A stretch of DNA of 64,000 bases from Oceanispirochaeta sp. Its GTDB lineage: Bacteria > Spirochaetota > Spirochaetia > DSM-2461. The translations under genes and the position numbers were made by a program. Positions 18,791 to 28,700 of this stretch are shown here, in pieces. The DNA lies in NCBI GenBank assembly GCA_963663385.2, contig CAXXXD010000002.1:1568001-1632000 (forward strand), read 5' to 3'. The notes under the pieces are model-generated. The model worked only from the letters and a program-made list of their open reading frames with translations, was not told the origin of the DNA and searched no databases. The stretch's first letter is position 1; the number at the start of each line of letters is the position of its first letter.

Positions 18791-18859
18791 TAAGCCCCGA
18801 AAAAAAATTTCCCGCAAAAATAATTAACCTCAGCAGATTGCCAAAGATCGCTTTTGCAT

Positions 18860-18889
18860 AAAAAAACCGCTTCCGGAATGGAAGCGGGT
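18860..18889 (-). terminator. Intrinsic terminator after tRNA-Phe copy 2
   Basis: ccgcttcc/ggaagcgg stem followed by a T-run on the minus strand. Confidence 0.85.
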
Positions 18890-18895
18890 TGTATG

Positions 18896-18968
<73 letters not shown>

Positions 18969-18982
18969 AACTGACTTTCCGT

Positions 18983-19011
18983 ATAATATAGACTGGGCGA
19001 ATTCCTGTCAA
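18983..19011 (-). promoter_or_regulatory. Sigma70-type promoter for tRNA-Phe copy 2
   Basis: TTGACA-17 bp-TATTAT. Confidence 0.7.
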
Positions 19012-19127
19012 CAGGTTCGATGCGAAAATTCTTTTTCCTTCTTTTGACAGAGAAAAAGGTACGCTCTTCGCTAAAATTCATGGGCATGATAGTATGACGC
19101 TATTATAGAATAAGTTAAGGAAAAATT

Positions 19128-19469
19128 ATGTTTAAAATGGTCTTTTATGTTCCCGAGCCCCAGAAGGAAGAGGTAAAGGAAGCCCTTTTCGCTCTGGGCG
19201 CCGGTACATTGGGAAATTACAGTTCCTGCTGCTGGGAGTGCGAAGGGATGGGGCAGTTCAAACCTCTGAATGGTTCCAAACCCGCAATCGGGACTGAGAA
19301 CTCTCTGGAGAGGGTTAAAGAATTTCGTGTGGAAATACTGGTTTCCGAGGATTTGATCTCTTCCTGCATAGATACACTCCTGGCTGCTCACCCCTATGAA
19401 GTTCCGGCCTATGAATTTCACAGGGTGTATTTAAAAGAAACTGACATTGAAGGGGAGCACTGGCTCTAA
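19128..19469 (+). CDS. Small NIF3/YqfO-like protein (PII-like insertion domain)
   Basis: FYVP, GAGTLGNYSSC, GQFKPL and AHPYEVPAYE. Confidence 0.88.
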   Translation: MFKMVFYVPEPQKEEVKEALFALGAGTLGNYSSCCWECEGMGQFKPLNGSKPAIGTENSLERVKEFRVEILVSEDLISSCIDTLLAAHPYEVPAYEFHRVYLKETDIEGEHWL

Positions 19470-19489
19470 GCCCGGTAGTCTTTCCTGTT

Positions 19490-20218
19490 TCAGATAATCC
19501 CTCTGGCTGCTTCAATCAGGGACAAACCCATATGGCAGGCTGTTTCCGTTCTGAGAACCCGGCTGCCCATGGAACAGACAGAAAAACCTTTATCCCTCAG
19601 CATCAGTCTCTCCCGGTCACTCCAGCCTCTTTCCGGGCCAATGGCCAGGCAGCATTTTTCCCCTGACGGTCTGTAATCCTTCAGGGGAAGGTCGGGTGAT
19701 ACATTATCCAGAGCCAGTCTGTCCCACTTCCCGTTCAGGGAGTTTATCGTCTCGATGGCTCTATACAGGGAGTAGAATTTCATTACTTCCGGTTCCATGG
19801 TTGCCTTACCCTGGGATATCCCTTCCAGAACAGCCTTTTTGTACTCTTCCTTAACCCATAAACTGCTGGTCAGGTAGGATTTTTCTCCCAGGTCGGTTCC
19901 GCAGAAGATAATTCGTTCAATACCGGCTGTAGAGAGATCTTTCAGCAGCCTTCTTGCTGTGGGAGGGCGAGGAGCCCCGACCAGCAGGGTGATGGGGTAG
20001 AGCGGGGCAGGTCCGATTCCCGCCTGAAAACTAAACCGCATAGAGCCGTCCTCGGAGATCTCTTCTATTACGGCTGTTCCCATAGGCCCTCCTATGACGC
20101 CGGCTTCCAGATTATCCTTCTCGGAGGCCTTTAAAATCTTTTTTATATGGATGACCCGTTTGTCACTGGGCGGGAGAGGTCTTGTCCATTCGCCGTCCCG
20201 GAAAAGAAGTAAATTCAT
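19490..20218 (-). CDS. rsmE: 16S rRNA m3U1498 methyltransferase
   Basis: SPOUT motifs AIGPERGWS and MGSRVLRTETA. Confidence 0.9.
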   Translation of the reverse strand: MNLLLFRDGEWTRPLPPSDKRVIHIKKILKASEKDNLEAGVIGGPMGTAVIEEISEDGSMRFSFQAGIGPAPLYPITLLVGAPRPPTARRLLKDLSTAGIERIIFCGTDLGEKSYLTSSLWVKEEYKKAVLEGISQGKATMEPEVMKFYSLYRAIETINSLNGKWDRLALDNVSPDLPLKDYRPSGEKCCLAIGPERGWSDRERLMLRDKGFSVCSMGSRVLRTETACHMGLSLIEAARGII

Positions 20219-20329
20219 GCTCCGCAGTATATACTTAAGAGCATGTTTTGTAAATTTGGGGATATTTCATCAACAGGGCTTTGATTTTCCGGGGAAATAT
20301 GAGATAGTCCCCTCTGTTAACAGGAGTTA

Positions 20330-20647
20330 TTGAAAAACATGGAACCATTAAAAGGCTTTCAGAGAAGCTATCTGACTAAAAAAGCTCATAACCTCAAGCC
20401 AGTAGTAATGATTGGCGGAAACGGCCTTAGCGAAGCTGTTATTGCCGCTGCCGATCAGGAACTCGAAAATCATGAGATGATTAAAGTGAAATTCGTAGAC
20501 AACAAGGAAGACAGGAAAGAGATTTCTGTCGAACTGGCTGAAAAAACCAATGCCCACCTTGTCCGGGTTATCGGTAATATTGCTATTTTATACCGTTATC
20601 AGGAAGATCACGATAAGCGGATCTATCACGTTCCCAAGTCCCGCTGA
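20330..20647 (+). CDS. yhbY: YhbY/CRM-domain RNA-binding protein (start may be ATG at 20339)
   Basis: AHNLKPVVMIGGNGL, HEMIKVK and VIGNIAILYR. Confidence 0.92.
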   Translation: MKNMEPLKGFQRSYLTKKAHNLKPVVMIGGNGLSEAVIAAADQELENHEMIKVKFVDNKEDRKEISVELAEKTNAHLVRVIGNIAILYRYQEDHDKRIYHVPKSR

Positions 20648-20649
20648 AT

Positions 20650-21135
20650 CTACTGTTTCTCGTACTGCTGCACTTCTTCGAACCGGTATTCCAGGTCTAT
20701 GCCGACTGCGGCAAACATGGCTTCCGATTCAGCACCGGCATGATATTTGCGTTCGCAGACAACCCGTGAGATCCCGCAGCTGATTATCAGCATGGCGCAG
20801 GTACGGCAGGGTGTCATACGGCAGTACAGGGTGGCTCCTTCCAGAGCAATCCCCCTTCTGGCAGCCTGACAGATGGCATTCTGCTCCGCATGAACAGTCC
20901 TGACACAGTGCTCGCTTTTATGACCGTCCTCATGGATCGTTGTTTTGAACTGATGCCCCACCTGATCGCAGTGAGGAAGACCGGGAGGAGAGCCGACATA
21001 CCCTGTTGCCAGAATCTGTTTATCCCTTGCGATAACGCAGCCGCTGCGTCCCCGGTCGCAGGTTGCCCTTTTGGAAATGGCATCGCAAACTTCCATAAAG
21101 TATTCATCCCAGCTGGGGCGGATATATTCTCCCAT
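20650..21135 (-). CDS. dCMP deaminase (ComEB-like)
   Basis: RPSWDEYFM, HAEQNA and PCRTC zinc motifs. Confidence 0.93.
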   Translation of the reverse strand: MGEYIRPSWDEYFMEVCDAISKRATCDRGRSGCVIARDKQILATGYVGSPPGLPHCDQVGHQFKTTIHEDGHKSEHCVRTVHAEQNAICQAARRGIALEGATLYCRMTPCRTCAMLIISCGISRVVCERKYHAGAESEAMFAAVGIDLEYRFEEVQQYEKQ

Positions 21136-21267
21136 GAAGTCCCTCCTCAAGATTAGCTGATTACATTATAGTGACTATTCCGGCATGGTCAAAGGGATTT
21201 AGGAAAATCCCTCCTTTTCATATGAGAGCTGGCAGAGTAAAATATAAGTACAGACAGGAGCAATTAT

Positions 21268-21633
21268 ATGAACAGCAATGACTTTAACAGAAGCTGCAAA
21301 CAGCTGAGGAAAAAATATAAATATGAATGTACCGATGAATTCATGAATGATCTGCAGGAGCTTTTTGTCAAAGCCCTGGGACAGCCTGAAGATTTCTCCA
21401 TGGAACTGATGGAGTACTGCTGTCCCGGGAATCAGCTGGAAGAAAGGCATTTTGATAAACTGGCGGATATGGTCGATCTGTTCCAGATGGATTATGACGA
21501 GAGCTTTGACCGACTTGAACAGGAGGACTGGGCCTATCTGAAAGAACTGGTAAACTCCTGGGCCATGGATATGGACATGGATATTGTAACATATATTATG
21601 CAGCTGGTTGTTGATGCAGGGGTGTTTCACTGA
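21268..21633 (+). CDS. Acidic hypothetical protein
   Basis: 121 aa, AGGAG RBS, fills an otherwise empty intergenic space. Confidence 0.75.
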   Translation: MNSNDFNRSCKQLRKKYKYECTDEFMNDLQELFVKALGQPEDFSMELMEYCCPGNQLEERHFDKLADMVDLFQMDYDESFDRLEQEDWAYLKELVNSWAMDMDMDIVTYIMQLVVDAGVFH

Positions 21634-21676
21634 AGCCCCTTTACAGGAGGTACGTCCCCCTTATGTCTGGAGCCCT

Positions 21677-22300
21677 CTAGTTCATTAATTCGAAAAAGCC
21701 GGCTTCCTTGTCATAACTGAAGATTTCTCCCGTCTCGATTATATAGTACCAGCCCTGAATCCTCAATTTACCCTCCTGATACCGCCGGGCGATATAGGGA
21801 TAGGTTAGGAGATGCTTCATCTGTTCCACAACATTGGTCTGTTCCGTTAACCACTCCCGGGCAGCCGGATCATCTTCGGGCAGCCTTTCTTCCACCTGCT
21901 GTTTTACAGGTTCGGCGAGTTCGAGCCATTTATGGGTATGGGGGAGACTTTCAAAACCTCCCTTCTCCTTGTATAGCGCGGCGCACCCTCCGCAGTTGCT
22001 GTGGCCGCAAATGATGATATTTTCCACTTCCAGAACCTGAACAGCGTATTCGATGGCGGATGTCGTAGACAGGTACTCGTCGGCCAGACGGTACTTTGGA
22101 ACCAGATTGGCTATGTTCCGGATAATAAACAGTTCCCCGGGGAGGGTTTTTGTAATCAGACTCGGCACTATCCGGGAATCGGAACAGCCTATGAAAAGGG
22201 TATGAGGCTTCTGCTGCCTTCCAAGAGATGTAAACAGTTCCTTATGCTCCTCATAATCCCTGCTTCTGAATTCAACAACACCATTTATCAGTTTTTCCAT
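21677..22300 (-). CDS. Beta-class carbonic anhydrase
   Basis: CSDSR, RNIANLVP and CGHSNCGG. Confidence 0.96.
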   Translation of the reverse strand: MEKLINGVVEFRSRDYEEHKELFTSLGRQQKPHTLFIGCSDSRIVPSLITKTLPGELFIIRNIANLVPKYRLADEYLSTTSAIEYAVQVLEVENIIICGHSNCGGCAALYKEKGGFESLPHTHKWLELAEPVKQQVEERLPEDDPAAREWLTEQTNVVEQMKHLLTYPYIARRYQEGKLRIQGWYYIIETGEIFSYDKEAGFFELMN

Positions 22301-22460
22301 ATTCCAAGTATATCAGATCTTTTTACCCGGCTTCCAGACTCATTCCAATGATCCGGATCTATAAGAAATTTATAAATATTATAAAAATAGTAATATAATG
22401 AAACATTTCTGCTATTTATGAGTTATTTTATATATAGGACTTACAATACAGGAGGTCCAT

Positions 22461-23549
22461 ATGAAAAAACTATTCATTGTTTTATTTACCAATCTGGTAC
22501 TTCTGCTTTCGGCTGCCGGGCAGGAGGATCAGTCAGGATTGACAGAAGATAAGAGGAATCTGGAGGAAATCATCATGGATAAATCTTTGGAAGTAGCTAC
22601 TTTTGCAGGAGGGTGTTTCTGGTGTACCGAGAGTGATTTTGAAACTGTTCCGGGAGTTGTCGAAGTGGTTTCAGGATATACAGGGGGCCGTACGGAAAAT
22701 CCTACCTATGAACAGGTCTCCTCCGGCTCCACAGGCCATCTGGAAGCGGTTCAGATATATTTTGATCCGGATACGGTCAGCTATAAACAGCTTGTGGAGA
22801 AATTCTGGCGCATTTTTGATCCTACCGACGGGGGTGGTTCCTTTGTGGATCGCGGCTCCCAGTATACAAGTGCCATATTCTATCATTCCATGAAACAGAA
22901 GCGGATTGCCGAGGCTTCCAGAATGGAGCTGGACAGGTCCGGCGTATTTGATAAACCGGTGGTTACACCGATAAGGGAATTTGAAAAATTCTATCCTGCA
23001 GAGGATTATCATCAGAATTTCTGTACCGTAAATCCGGGTCGGTATAAAATTTACCGGGATAATTCCGGACGGGATCACTTTCTGAATGAGGTTTGGGGTA
23101 TGGAAAAAAAAGTATATGAGAAGCCTTCCGATGAGGAAATCCGTTCCAGGCTGACGGATCTGCAGTATAATGTTACCCAGCACGAAGATACGGAACGGCC
23201 TTTTCAGAATGAGTACTGGGATAATGAAGAAGAGGGTATCTATGTAGATGTGGTAACAGGGGAGCCCTTATTCAGTTCTACCCACAAGTATAAATCCGGG
23301 TCGGGATGGCCCAGCTTTACACGGCCCCTGGTTGAAGAGCATGTTACGGAAAAAACGGATAACTCCCAGGGTATGGCCAGAACAGAGGTGAGGAGCTTTT
23401 TCGGAGACAGCCACCTGGGACATGTTTTCAATGACGGACCCGCTGCCAACGGACTCAGATACTGTATTAACTCAGCATCACTTCGTTTTGTCCCTGTAGA
23501 GGAAATGCAGGAAGAGGGGTACGGCGAGTTCCTTTACCTGTTTGAGTAA
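22461..23549 (+). CDS. msrAB: Exported bifunctional methionine sulfoxide reductase MsrA/MsrB
   Basis: AGGCFWC and AEDYHQ (MsrA); [14 protein letters not shown] and RYCINS (MsrB); N-terminal signal peptide. Confidence 0.96.
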   Translation: MKKLFIVLFTNLVLLLSAAGQEDQSGLTEDKRNLEEIIMDKSLEVATFAGGCFWCTESDFETVPGVVEVVSGYTGGRTENPTYEQVSSGSTGHLEAVQIYFDPDTVSYKQLVEKFWRIFDPTDGGGSFVDRGSQYTSAIFYHSMKQKRIAEASRMELDRSGVFDKPVVTPIREFEKFYPAEDYHQNFCTVNPGRYKIYRDNSGRDHFLNEVWGMEKKVYEKPSDEEIRSRLTDLQYNVTQHEDTERPFQNEYWDNEEEGIYVDVVTGEPLFSSTHKYKSGSGWPSFTRPLVEEHVTEKTDNSQGMARTEVRSFFGDSHLGHVFNDGPAANGLRYCINSASLRFVPVEEMQEEGYGEFLYLFE

Positions 23550-23566
23550 AACGACTCTAAAATAAG

Positions 23567-23591
23567 AGGTGTCTAACTTGAGGCACCTTTT
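23567..23591 (+). terminator. Intrinsic terminator after msrAB
   Basis: aggtgtct-aacttg-aggcacct-ttt. Confidence 0.65.
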
Positions 23592-23628
23592 CAGCATTTA
23601 TTATTTTTATTTAATATCCTAAAATAAA

Positions 23629-23656
23629 TCCAACCTTTTTTTTATTTGTTCGAATA
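23629..23656 (+). promoter_or_regulatory. Candidate ECF-type (autoregulatory) promoter
   Basis: tccAAC-T-tract-16 bp-CGAATA, 10 bp before the ECF start codon. Confidence 0.5.
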
Positions 23657-23666
23657 ATAAGAGTAT

Positions 23667-24218
23667 ATGGATAAAATCAGGAAGAAATTCCTTGCCTGGC
23701 AAAAGGATAAGGACCCGGAACGGAAAAATGAACTCCTGTGTGATATCTGGGAGTTTTATCATCCCAGGCTGCAGGTCTATGTATCCAACTTTTCGGAAAA
23801 TACCGTAGAGGTCCGCGATTTTGTCTCAGAAATTCTTCTTCATGTTTTTGAATCAATCCATCTTTATAATGGTCATCATGCCTTTTCCACCTGGATTTAC
23901 ACCCTGGCCCGAAACCGGATGATTGATCAATTCCGGAAAAAAAAGATAGTTTGCGGAAGTCTGGAAGATGTCGAACCCTGTGATTACTGTACTCCGGAAA
24001 ACCTTCTGATAAGGAAAAACGAACAGGGGAAAGTAAAGGATGCCGTAAGCAGGCTCTCAAGGGGAGATCGGGAGCTGATCTACCTGCACTTTTATGAAGG
24101 TTTGAAATATGAGGAAATTTCCGGGATTACAGGGACACCTGTCGGTACGATTAAGTACCGTATGTCTGAATCAAGAAAAAGTTTAAAAAAAGATTTGGAA
24201 AGGAGTCTGTTTCAATGA
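23667..24218 (+). CDS. ECF RNA polymerase sigma factor
   Basis: FSTWIYTLARN (region 2) and EGLKYEEISGITGTPVGTIKYRM (region 4). Confidence 0.93.
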   Translation: MDKIRKKFLAWQKDKDPERKNELLCDIWEFYHPRLQVYVSNFSENTVEVRDFVSEILLHVFESIHLYNGHHAFSTWIYTLARNRMIDQFRKKKIVCGSLEDVEPCDYCTPENLLIRKNEQGKVKDAVSRLSRGDRELIYLHFYEGLKYEEISGITGTPVGTIKYRMSESRKSLKKDLERSLFQ

Positions 24219-24517
24219 ATCCAAGCATTCGAAAAGCGGTTAAAAACTATTATGGAAATGAAGTTTTTTCCATGAGTATTCCTCCTCTTCCCGTCGGGTT
24301 AACAGGCACAAATAGAAAAGCTAAGACCGGAAGGGATTCCCTGCTGCTGGCCGCCATACTTTTTTCCAGCCTGATAGGGATATCAATTCCGCAAATATAT
24401 GAATCTCCCATTCGGAAGATCTATATTCCAATAAGTACAATTGAAGCATTTAAAGAGGACGTTCCCCGTGTCTTTTTTGAAGCTTCCCTGAAATATAAGG
24501 AATGGAAAGGAGTATAA
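24215..24517 (+). CDS. Small single-TM protein, putative anti-sigma factor
   Basis: ATGA overlap with the ECF gene; one hydrophobic helix. Confidence 0.6.
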   Translation: MNPSIRKAVKNYYGNEVFSMSIPPLPVGLTGTNRKAKTGRDSLLLAAILFSSLIGISIPQIYESPIRKIYIPISTIEAFKEDVPRVFFEASLKYKEWKGV

Positions 24518-24518
24518 A

Positions 24519-24971
24519 ATGACTAAATTGAAATTTTTTCTTAATCTTGTTTTTATAGCGGTAATGTTCGTTCTTTCTGTTGTATTTACCGGCAACAGTC
24601 CCGCTTTGTTTGTAGATGTGGCTTCCCTGATTCTGGGTATTCTGCTTCCGTATATTATTATCTCTTTTATCTACTCGCCCTCGGAACAGTCAGCCTTGCT
24701 GGGCGTGGTTCTCGGGGGCGGGGAGCAGCAGGATGAAGGGCTGTTGAAGAAGGCACTGGTTTACTTGAAATGCTTTAAAAAACTTTTAATTTACAGCGGA
24801 ATCGTCTGGACTATTATGGGGGCTATAGGTATTGGAGCTCATCTGGAAGGCCCGGAGGTCCTGGGATTGAACTTCGGAGTCCTGATGATCATTCCCCTCT
24901 ATATCGCTCTGTTTCTTTTTATGGTTATCGAACCTCTAAGAGGGACCGCCGAGAAGAAGCTCCACTCATAA
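24519..24971 (+). CDS. Short MotA/ExbB-like 4-TM membrane protein
   Basis: FVDVASL and GIVWTIMGAI...GPEVLG...PLY...IEPL resemble the MotA TM motifs; the large cytoplasmic domain is absent. Confidence 0.6.
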   Translation: MTKLKFFLNLVFIAVMFVLSVVFTGNSPALFVDVASLILGILLPYIIISFIYSPSEQSALLGVVLGGGEQQDEGLLKKALVYLKCFKKLLIYSGIVWTIMGAIGIGAHLEGPEVLGLNFGVLMIIPLYIALFLFMVIEPLRGTAEKKLHS

Positions 24972-25088
24972 CGGAACTGCCATATCTGAAAAAAATAGGC
25001 TGATATTTGCAGATTCCTGTCTTTCGGGAGCCGGGGTGTCATTTCCTGCAGGGGTTCAGTGAAAAGAATATTTTAATACTGCGGATTA

Positions 25089-26228
25089 CTATATCTGCTG
25101 CAGGAAATCCTGGATAAAGTAGAGGGATGCTCCCACTGAAACGGCATCTTTAGGATATTTGCTTAACTGAATAAAATTCCCCTTGTCAGGGAATACGGAT
25201 ACGGAGTTAGTCAGCTCTATAAGTTTATCCATATCTTCATCAATCAGGTAATAGGAGAGTTTTCCGCCTAAAATAATCTTTCTGTCCAGGATCTGATGAA
25301 AATTATCCAGTGCGACAGCCAGAGTTTTCAGATAATCATCCCAACGGGTCATATGTTCAGGGGAACCATCTCTGAGGGCTTTAAAAAAGTCATCCGTCCG
25401 CTCATCAGCCAACAGCAGGGCACTGATGGAACAATAACTTTCAATGCAGCCCTTTTTTCCGCAGTAACAGTCTCTTCCGTCCGGTACCAGCTGCATATGT
25501 TCAACCGCCCCGCAGTGACCGTTTTCTCCCATCTGAATCTGTCCGTTAATGATCGAGACACCTCCAAGGTATCTTTCCATGGAGAGGTAGAGGGCGTCTG
25601 TTATCTCTTCATTGAACCATATTTCCGTATTGGCTGCACATTTGGCATCATGGAAAAACGAGCAGGGGTAGTTCAGATATCGGGAGAATACAGTAATATC
25701 CAATCCAGTGTATCCGAAGGTCTTTCCAAAAATTATCTTATTTCCGTCCACAGAAGTCAGTCCGGACATGGCAAATCCGATTCCCAGGAGCTGGTCTGTC
25801 AAATAGTTTTTCTCCAGGATAAAATCCTTGATCAGATAGGCAACATCTCTATAGTAGTTCTCAGAATTTTCAAAAGTCTTTTCTATGCTTTCAGAAAAGC
25901 AGACATCCCCTTTCAGATCTGTACTTAGAATGACGATTTTTTTCCTGTAAACTCCTACGCCAATCGATATCCTGGCTCTGGGGCAGATTGAATAAGCAGC
26001 TGCTCTCCTGCCGACGGAGGATTCAAAATGCCCGTTTTTGGAAATTAATCCCTGCTTTTCCAGTTGTACCAGCTTTTGTGATACAGTAGGTAAGCTCAGG
26101 TTGAGCCGGGTGGCAATCTCCTGTTTGGATATTTTCCCTGTGTTATAGATCAGGTTAAATATCAGGGAGAGATTATTCTTTTTTATATCCGACACGGTAA
26201 TATTTTTAAGCATAAATAGCATCCTCAT
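25089..26228 (-). CDS. ROK family transcriptional regulator
   Basis: N-terminal wHTH (SKQEIA..LSLPTV, VGRRA); GAVEHM and CYCGKKGCIE. Confidence 0.93.
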   Translation of the reverse strand: MRMLFMLKNITVSDIKKNNLSLIFNLIYNTGKISKQEIATRLNLSLPTVSQKLVQLEKQGLISKNGHFESSVGRRAAAYSICPRARISIGVGVYRKKIVILSTDLKGDVCFSESIEKTFENSENYYRDVAYLIKDFILEKNYLTDQLLGIGFAMSGLTSVDGNKIIFGKTFGYTGLDITVFSRYLNYPCSFFHDAKCAANTEIWFNEEITDALYLSMERYLGGVSIINGQIQMGENGHCGAVEHMQLVPDGRDCYCGKKGCIESYCSISALLLADERTDDFFKALRDGSPEHMTRWDDYLKTLAVALDNFHQILDRKIILGGKLSYYLIDEDMDKLIELTNSVSVFPDKGNFIQLSKYPKDAVSVGASLYFIQDFLQQI

Positions 26229-26516
26229 TAGAATCAGGAGAAAAGTGCGATTGAGTTGTGCTTGTTGCTCTATTATTACTTATCATATTTCAAATTCCAA
26301 TTTTACCAACCGGTTATCCTTTAGCTGGAATAGTATAAAATCCGCTGATCAGTTCTTTTAATAAGAACTTTTACTGATAGAAAATACCATAAAAAAAAGA
26401 AAAATTAAAGCTGTGTTCTATCAGAAAATATTCATTCGGTTGTTTGCCGCAGGCAATGATACTCTACCGTCGGCAATACACAAGCGGTAGAGATTTTTCG
26501 ATATCCGGAATACAGC

Positions 26517-27293
26517 CTAGAAGCAGGTAAATGCTCCATCTATAATAAAATCCGAACCGGTTGTAAAAGTACTTGTATCTCCGGCCAGGTAAACGGCAAT
26601 CGACTGCAGCTCTTCAGGATTACCCATTCGGCCCATGGGAGCCATAGCATTCCACTTTTCAATAAAGGGTTTAAGATCGGGAGATTCCATGGTGAGCTCG
26701 GTAGCAATATAGCCGGGGCTGATGGAATTGACACGGACACCCCGTTTGGCGAACTCTATTGCCATGGATTTGGTAAGCTGAATGACTGCTGCTTTTGAAG
26801 CGTTGTAGGAACATTGCGGCTGGGGGACATTTACAATATGGGCAGACATGGACGCCGTATTGATAATAGAGCCGTACCCCTGTTTCAGCATCTGTCTGGC
26901 GGCAGCCTGGGCTGTCAGAAAAACACCGGTCAGGTTGATGTCAATAACCTTCTGCCATTGATCAACAGTCATCTCCTCGCAGGGGATATTCATACAGATT
27001 CCGGCATTGCAGAAGGCGGCATCCAGTTTGCCGAATGCACTGATGATAGTTTCCATCATACTGTCAACTTCGTCCTGCTTTGTTGCATCCGCTTTGATGG
27101 CTATGGATTTAACACCCAGCTTTTCCGCTATTTCAGCGGCAGTTCTTTCTGCCTCCACAATATCAATATCAACTATTGCAACATTACTACCTGCTTCGGC
27201 CAGGGCGATCGCAATTTGCTTTCCTATACCCCTTGCTCCGCCTGTGATAAAAGAGGCTTTTCCGTTAAGACGCATTTTTTCAATAATTCCCAT
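26517..27293 (-). CDS. SDR oxidoreductase, sorbose reductase/polyol dehydrogenase-like
   Basis: TGGARGIG, CNAGI and IVNVPQPQCSYNASK. Confidence 0.9.
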   Translation of the reverse strand: MGIIEKMRLNGKASFITGGARGIGKQIAIALAEAGSNVAIVDIDIVEAERTAAEIAEKLGVKSIAIKADATKQDEVDSMMETIISAFGKLDAAFCNAGICMNIPCEEMTVDQWQKVIDINLTGVFLTAQAAARQMLKQGYGSIINTASMSAHIVNVPQPQCSYNASKAAVIQLTKSMAIEFAKRGVRVNSISPGYIATELTMESPDLKPFIEKWNAMAPMGRMGNPEELQSIAVYLAGDTSTFTTGSDFIIDGAFTCF

Positions 27294-27519
27294 CTATATA
27301 CTCCTACATAAAATTAATAAGATAAAATCTATTTACAAAATTATTTATACGATAAGATTGATAGGGCAAATTGTCAATAAAAAGTTTTGATAAAAATGGT
27401 AAAGTATAGATTAAGACTGCTTATATTGTTGTATTGTAGATGTTTAAAGTATCTCGGCAGTAGTGTTGTCTATACTGTTTCTTAAGAATTTATCTAAAAT
27501 AAAACTTCAGAAAAAAAAC

Positions 27520-27548
27520 TTGACAGCTGGAAAAAACGGTAATACTAT
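27520..27548 (+). promoter_or_regulatory. Sigma70-type promoter for the sugar ABC operon
   Basis: TTGACA-17 bp-TACTAT. Confidence 0.65.
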
Positions 27549-27639
27549 GATTTTGAAAAGTAGATTTAGAAAACGTATTTATCAAATAGATTTGTATATG
27601 TTTCTATCTCTTTATCAAAAAATATTCGGAGGAATTAAG

Positions 27640-28602
27640 ATGAAAAAAGTAATTACTTTATTACTTGCAGTCGCAATCAGTTTCGGTGCTTTCGCCAATG
27701 GTCAGCAGGATTCTGGTGTATTAAAAGTTGGAATTACTATCCAGTCTCTTGAGAACAGCTACTGGGCCGGTGTATTTGGTGAAGTTGAAAAGGAAATGAA
27801 AGCCAAGGGATGGGAATACACAATCCTGAGCTGTAAAGACAGTTCTGCTACACAGATTCAGCAGATTGAAAACTTTATTACCAACCAGGTTGATCTGATC
27901 ATGGTTCATCCTTCCGATCCTAATGCTCTGGAAGATTACCTGGCCACAGCTCGTGAACAGGGTATCAAAGTAATGTGCTGGGATGACAAAATGAAAAATA
28001 CCGATGTTAACTGGGTTCTGGACAACACCAAACTGGGGTACACAATCGGTACAGCAGCAGCTGAATTCATCAATGAACATTATAGCACCTCCGACAAAGC
28101 TCAGGTTGCCGTTATGAACTATCCCCAGACTCCCATTCTTCTTGAAAGAGAAACAGGTATTCTGAATGCTCTTAAAGAAATGGCTGGTGGTAAATTTGAT
28201 GTTATCGCTCAGCAGCCCGCACTTGATGCCGCTACAGCTCTTTCCAACATGGAATCCATTTTCCAGGCTAACCCCGATACTACTGTTGTATGTTCCATTG
28301 GTGCTGGTGGAGACATCGGTGCAAATGAAGCTTTCATGACAAGATTCGGCGGAAAAGTTCCCGAAAATGTCGGTATCTTCTCTGCTGATGCAACAGAACA
28401 GCAGCTGCAGTCTATTGTTAACGGTGAAGCTTCCAGAGCTTCTGTAGGTTTTGAAGGATCCAACAAGAAAACAGCTCAGGCTGTAGTAGCTCTCTACGAA
28501 AAACTTATGATGGGAGAAACTTTCGCAGATCAGAATATCTACAGAAATCTTATGATTATTGACGCTGAAACCGCTCCAACTTACCTGGCAGACTTTAAAT
28601 AA
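27640..28602 (+). CDS. Monosaccharide/polyol ABC substrate-binding protein (RbsB-like)
   Basis: Signal peptide; QIQQIENFI; GGAGG RBS before ATG at 27640. Confidence 0.9.
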   Translation: MKKVITLLLAVAISFGAFANGQQDSGVLKVGITIQSLENSYWAGVFGEVEKEMKAKGWEYTILSCKDSSATQIQQIENFITNQVDLIMVHPSDPNALEDYLATAREQGIKVMCWDDKMKNTDVNWVLDNTKLGYTIGTAAAEFINEHYSTSDKAQVAVMNYPQTPILLERETGILNALKEMAGGKFDVIAQQPALDAATALSNMESIFQANPDTTVVCSIGAGGDIGANEAFMTRFGGKVPENVGIFSADATEQQLQSIVNGEASRASVGFEGSNKKTAQAVVALYEKLMMGETFADQNIYRNLMIIDAETAPTYLADFK

Positions 28603-28700
28603 GTTTCGGCAGTCTTACGGGGGCCGTTGCAGAAGTGATCTTTGTTTTCAGATTTCATCTTTTGCGACAGCCCCCTTTCAATTCGTATGGAGAGAATACC

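Noticed and set aside
24519..24971. Zorya ZorA or flagellar MotA
   Set aside because: Too short; no ZorB/MotB, long tail or flagellar genes nearby
27463..27639. 59-codon N-terminal extension of the sugar-binding protein in the ORF track
   Set aside because: Contains the promoter; the RBS and signal peptide place the start at 27640. Similar over-extensions were trimmed for other genes
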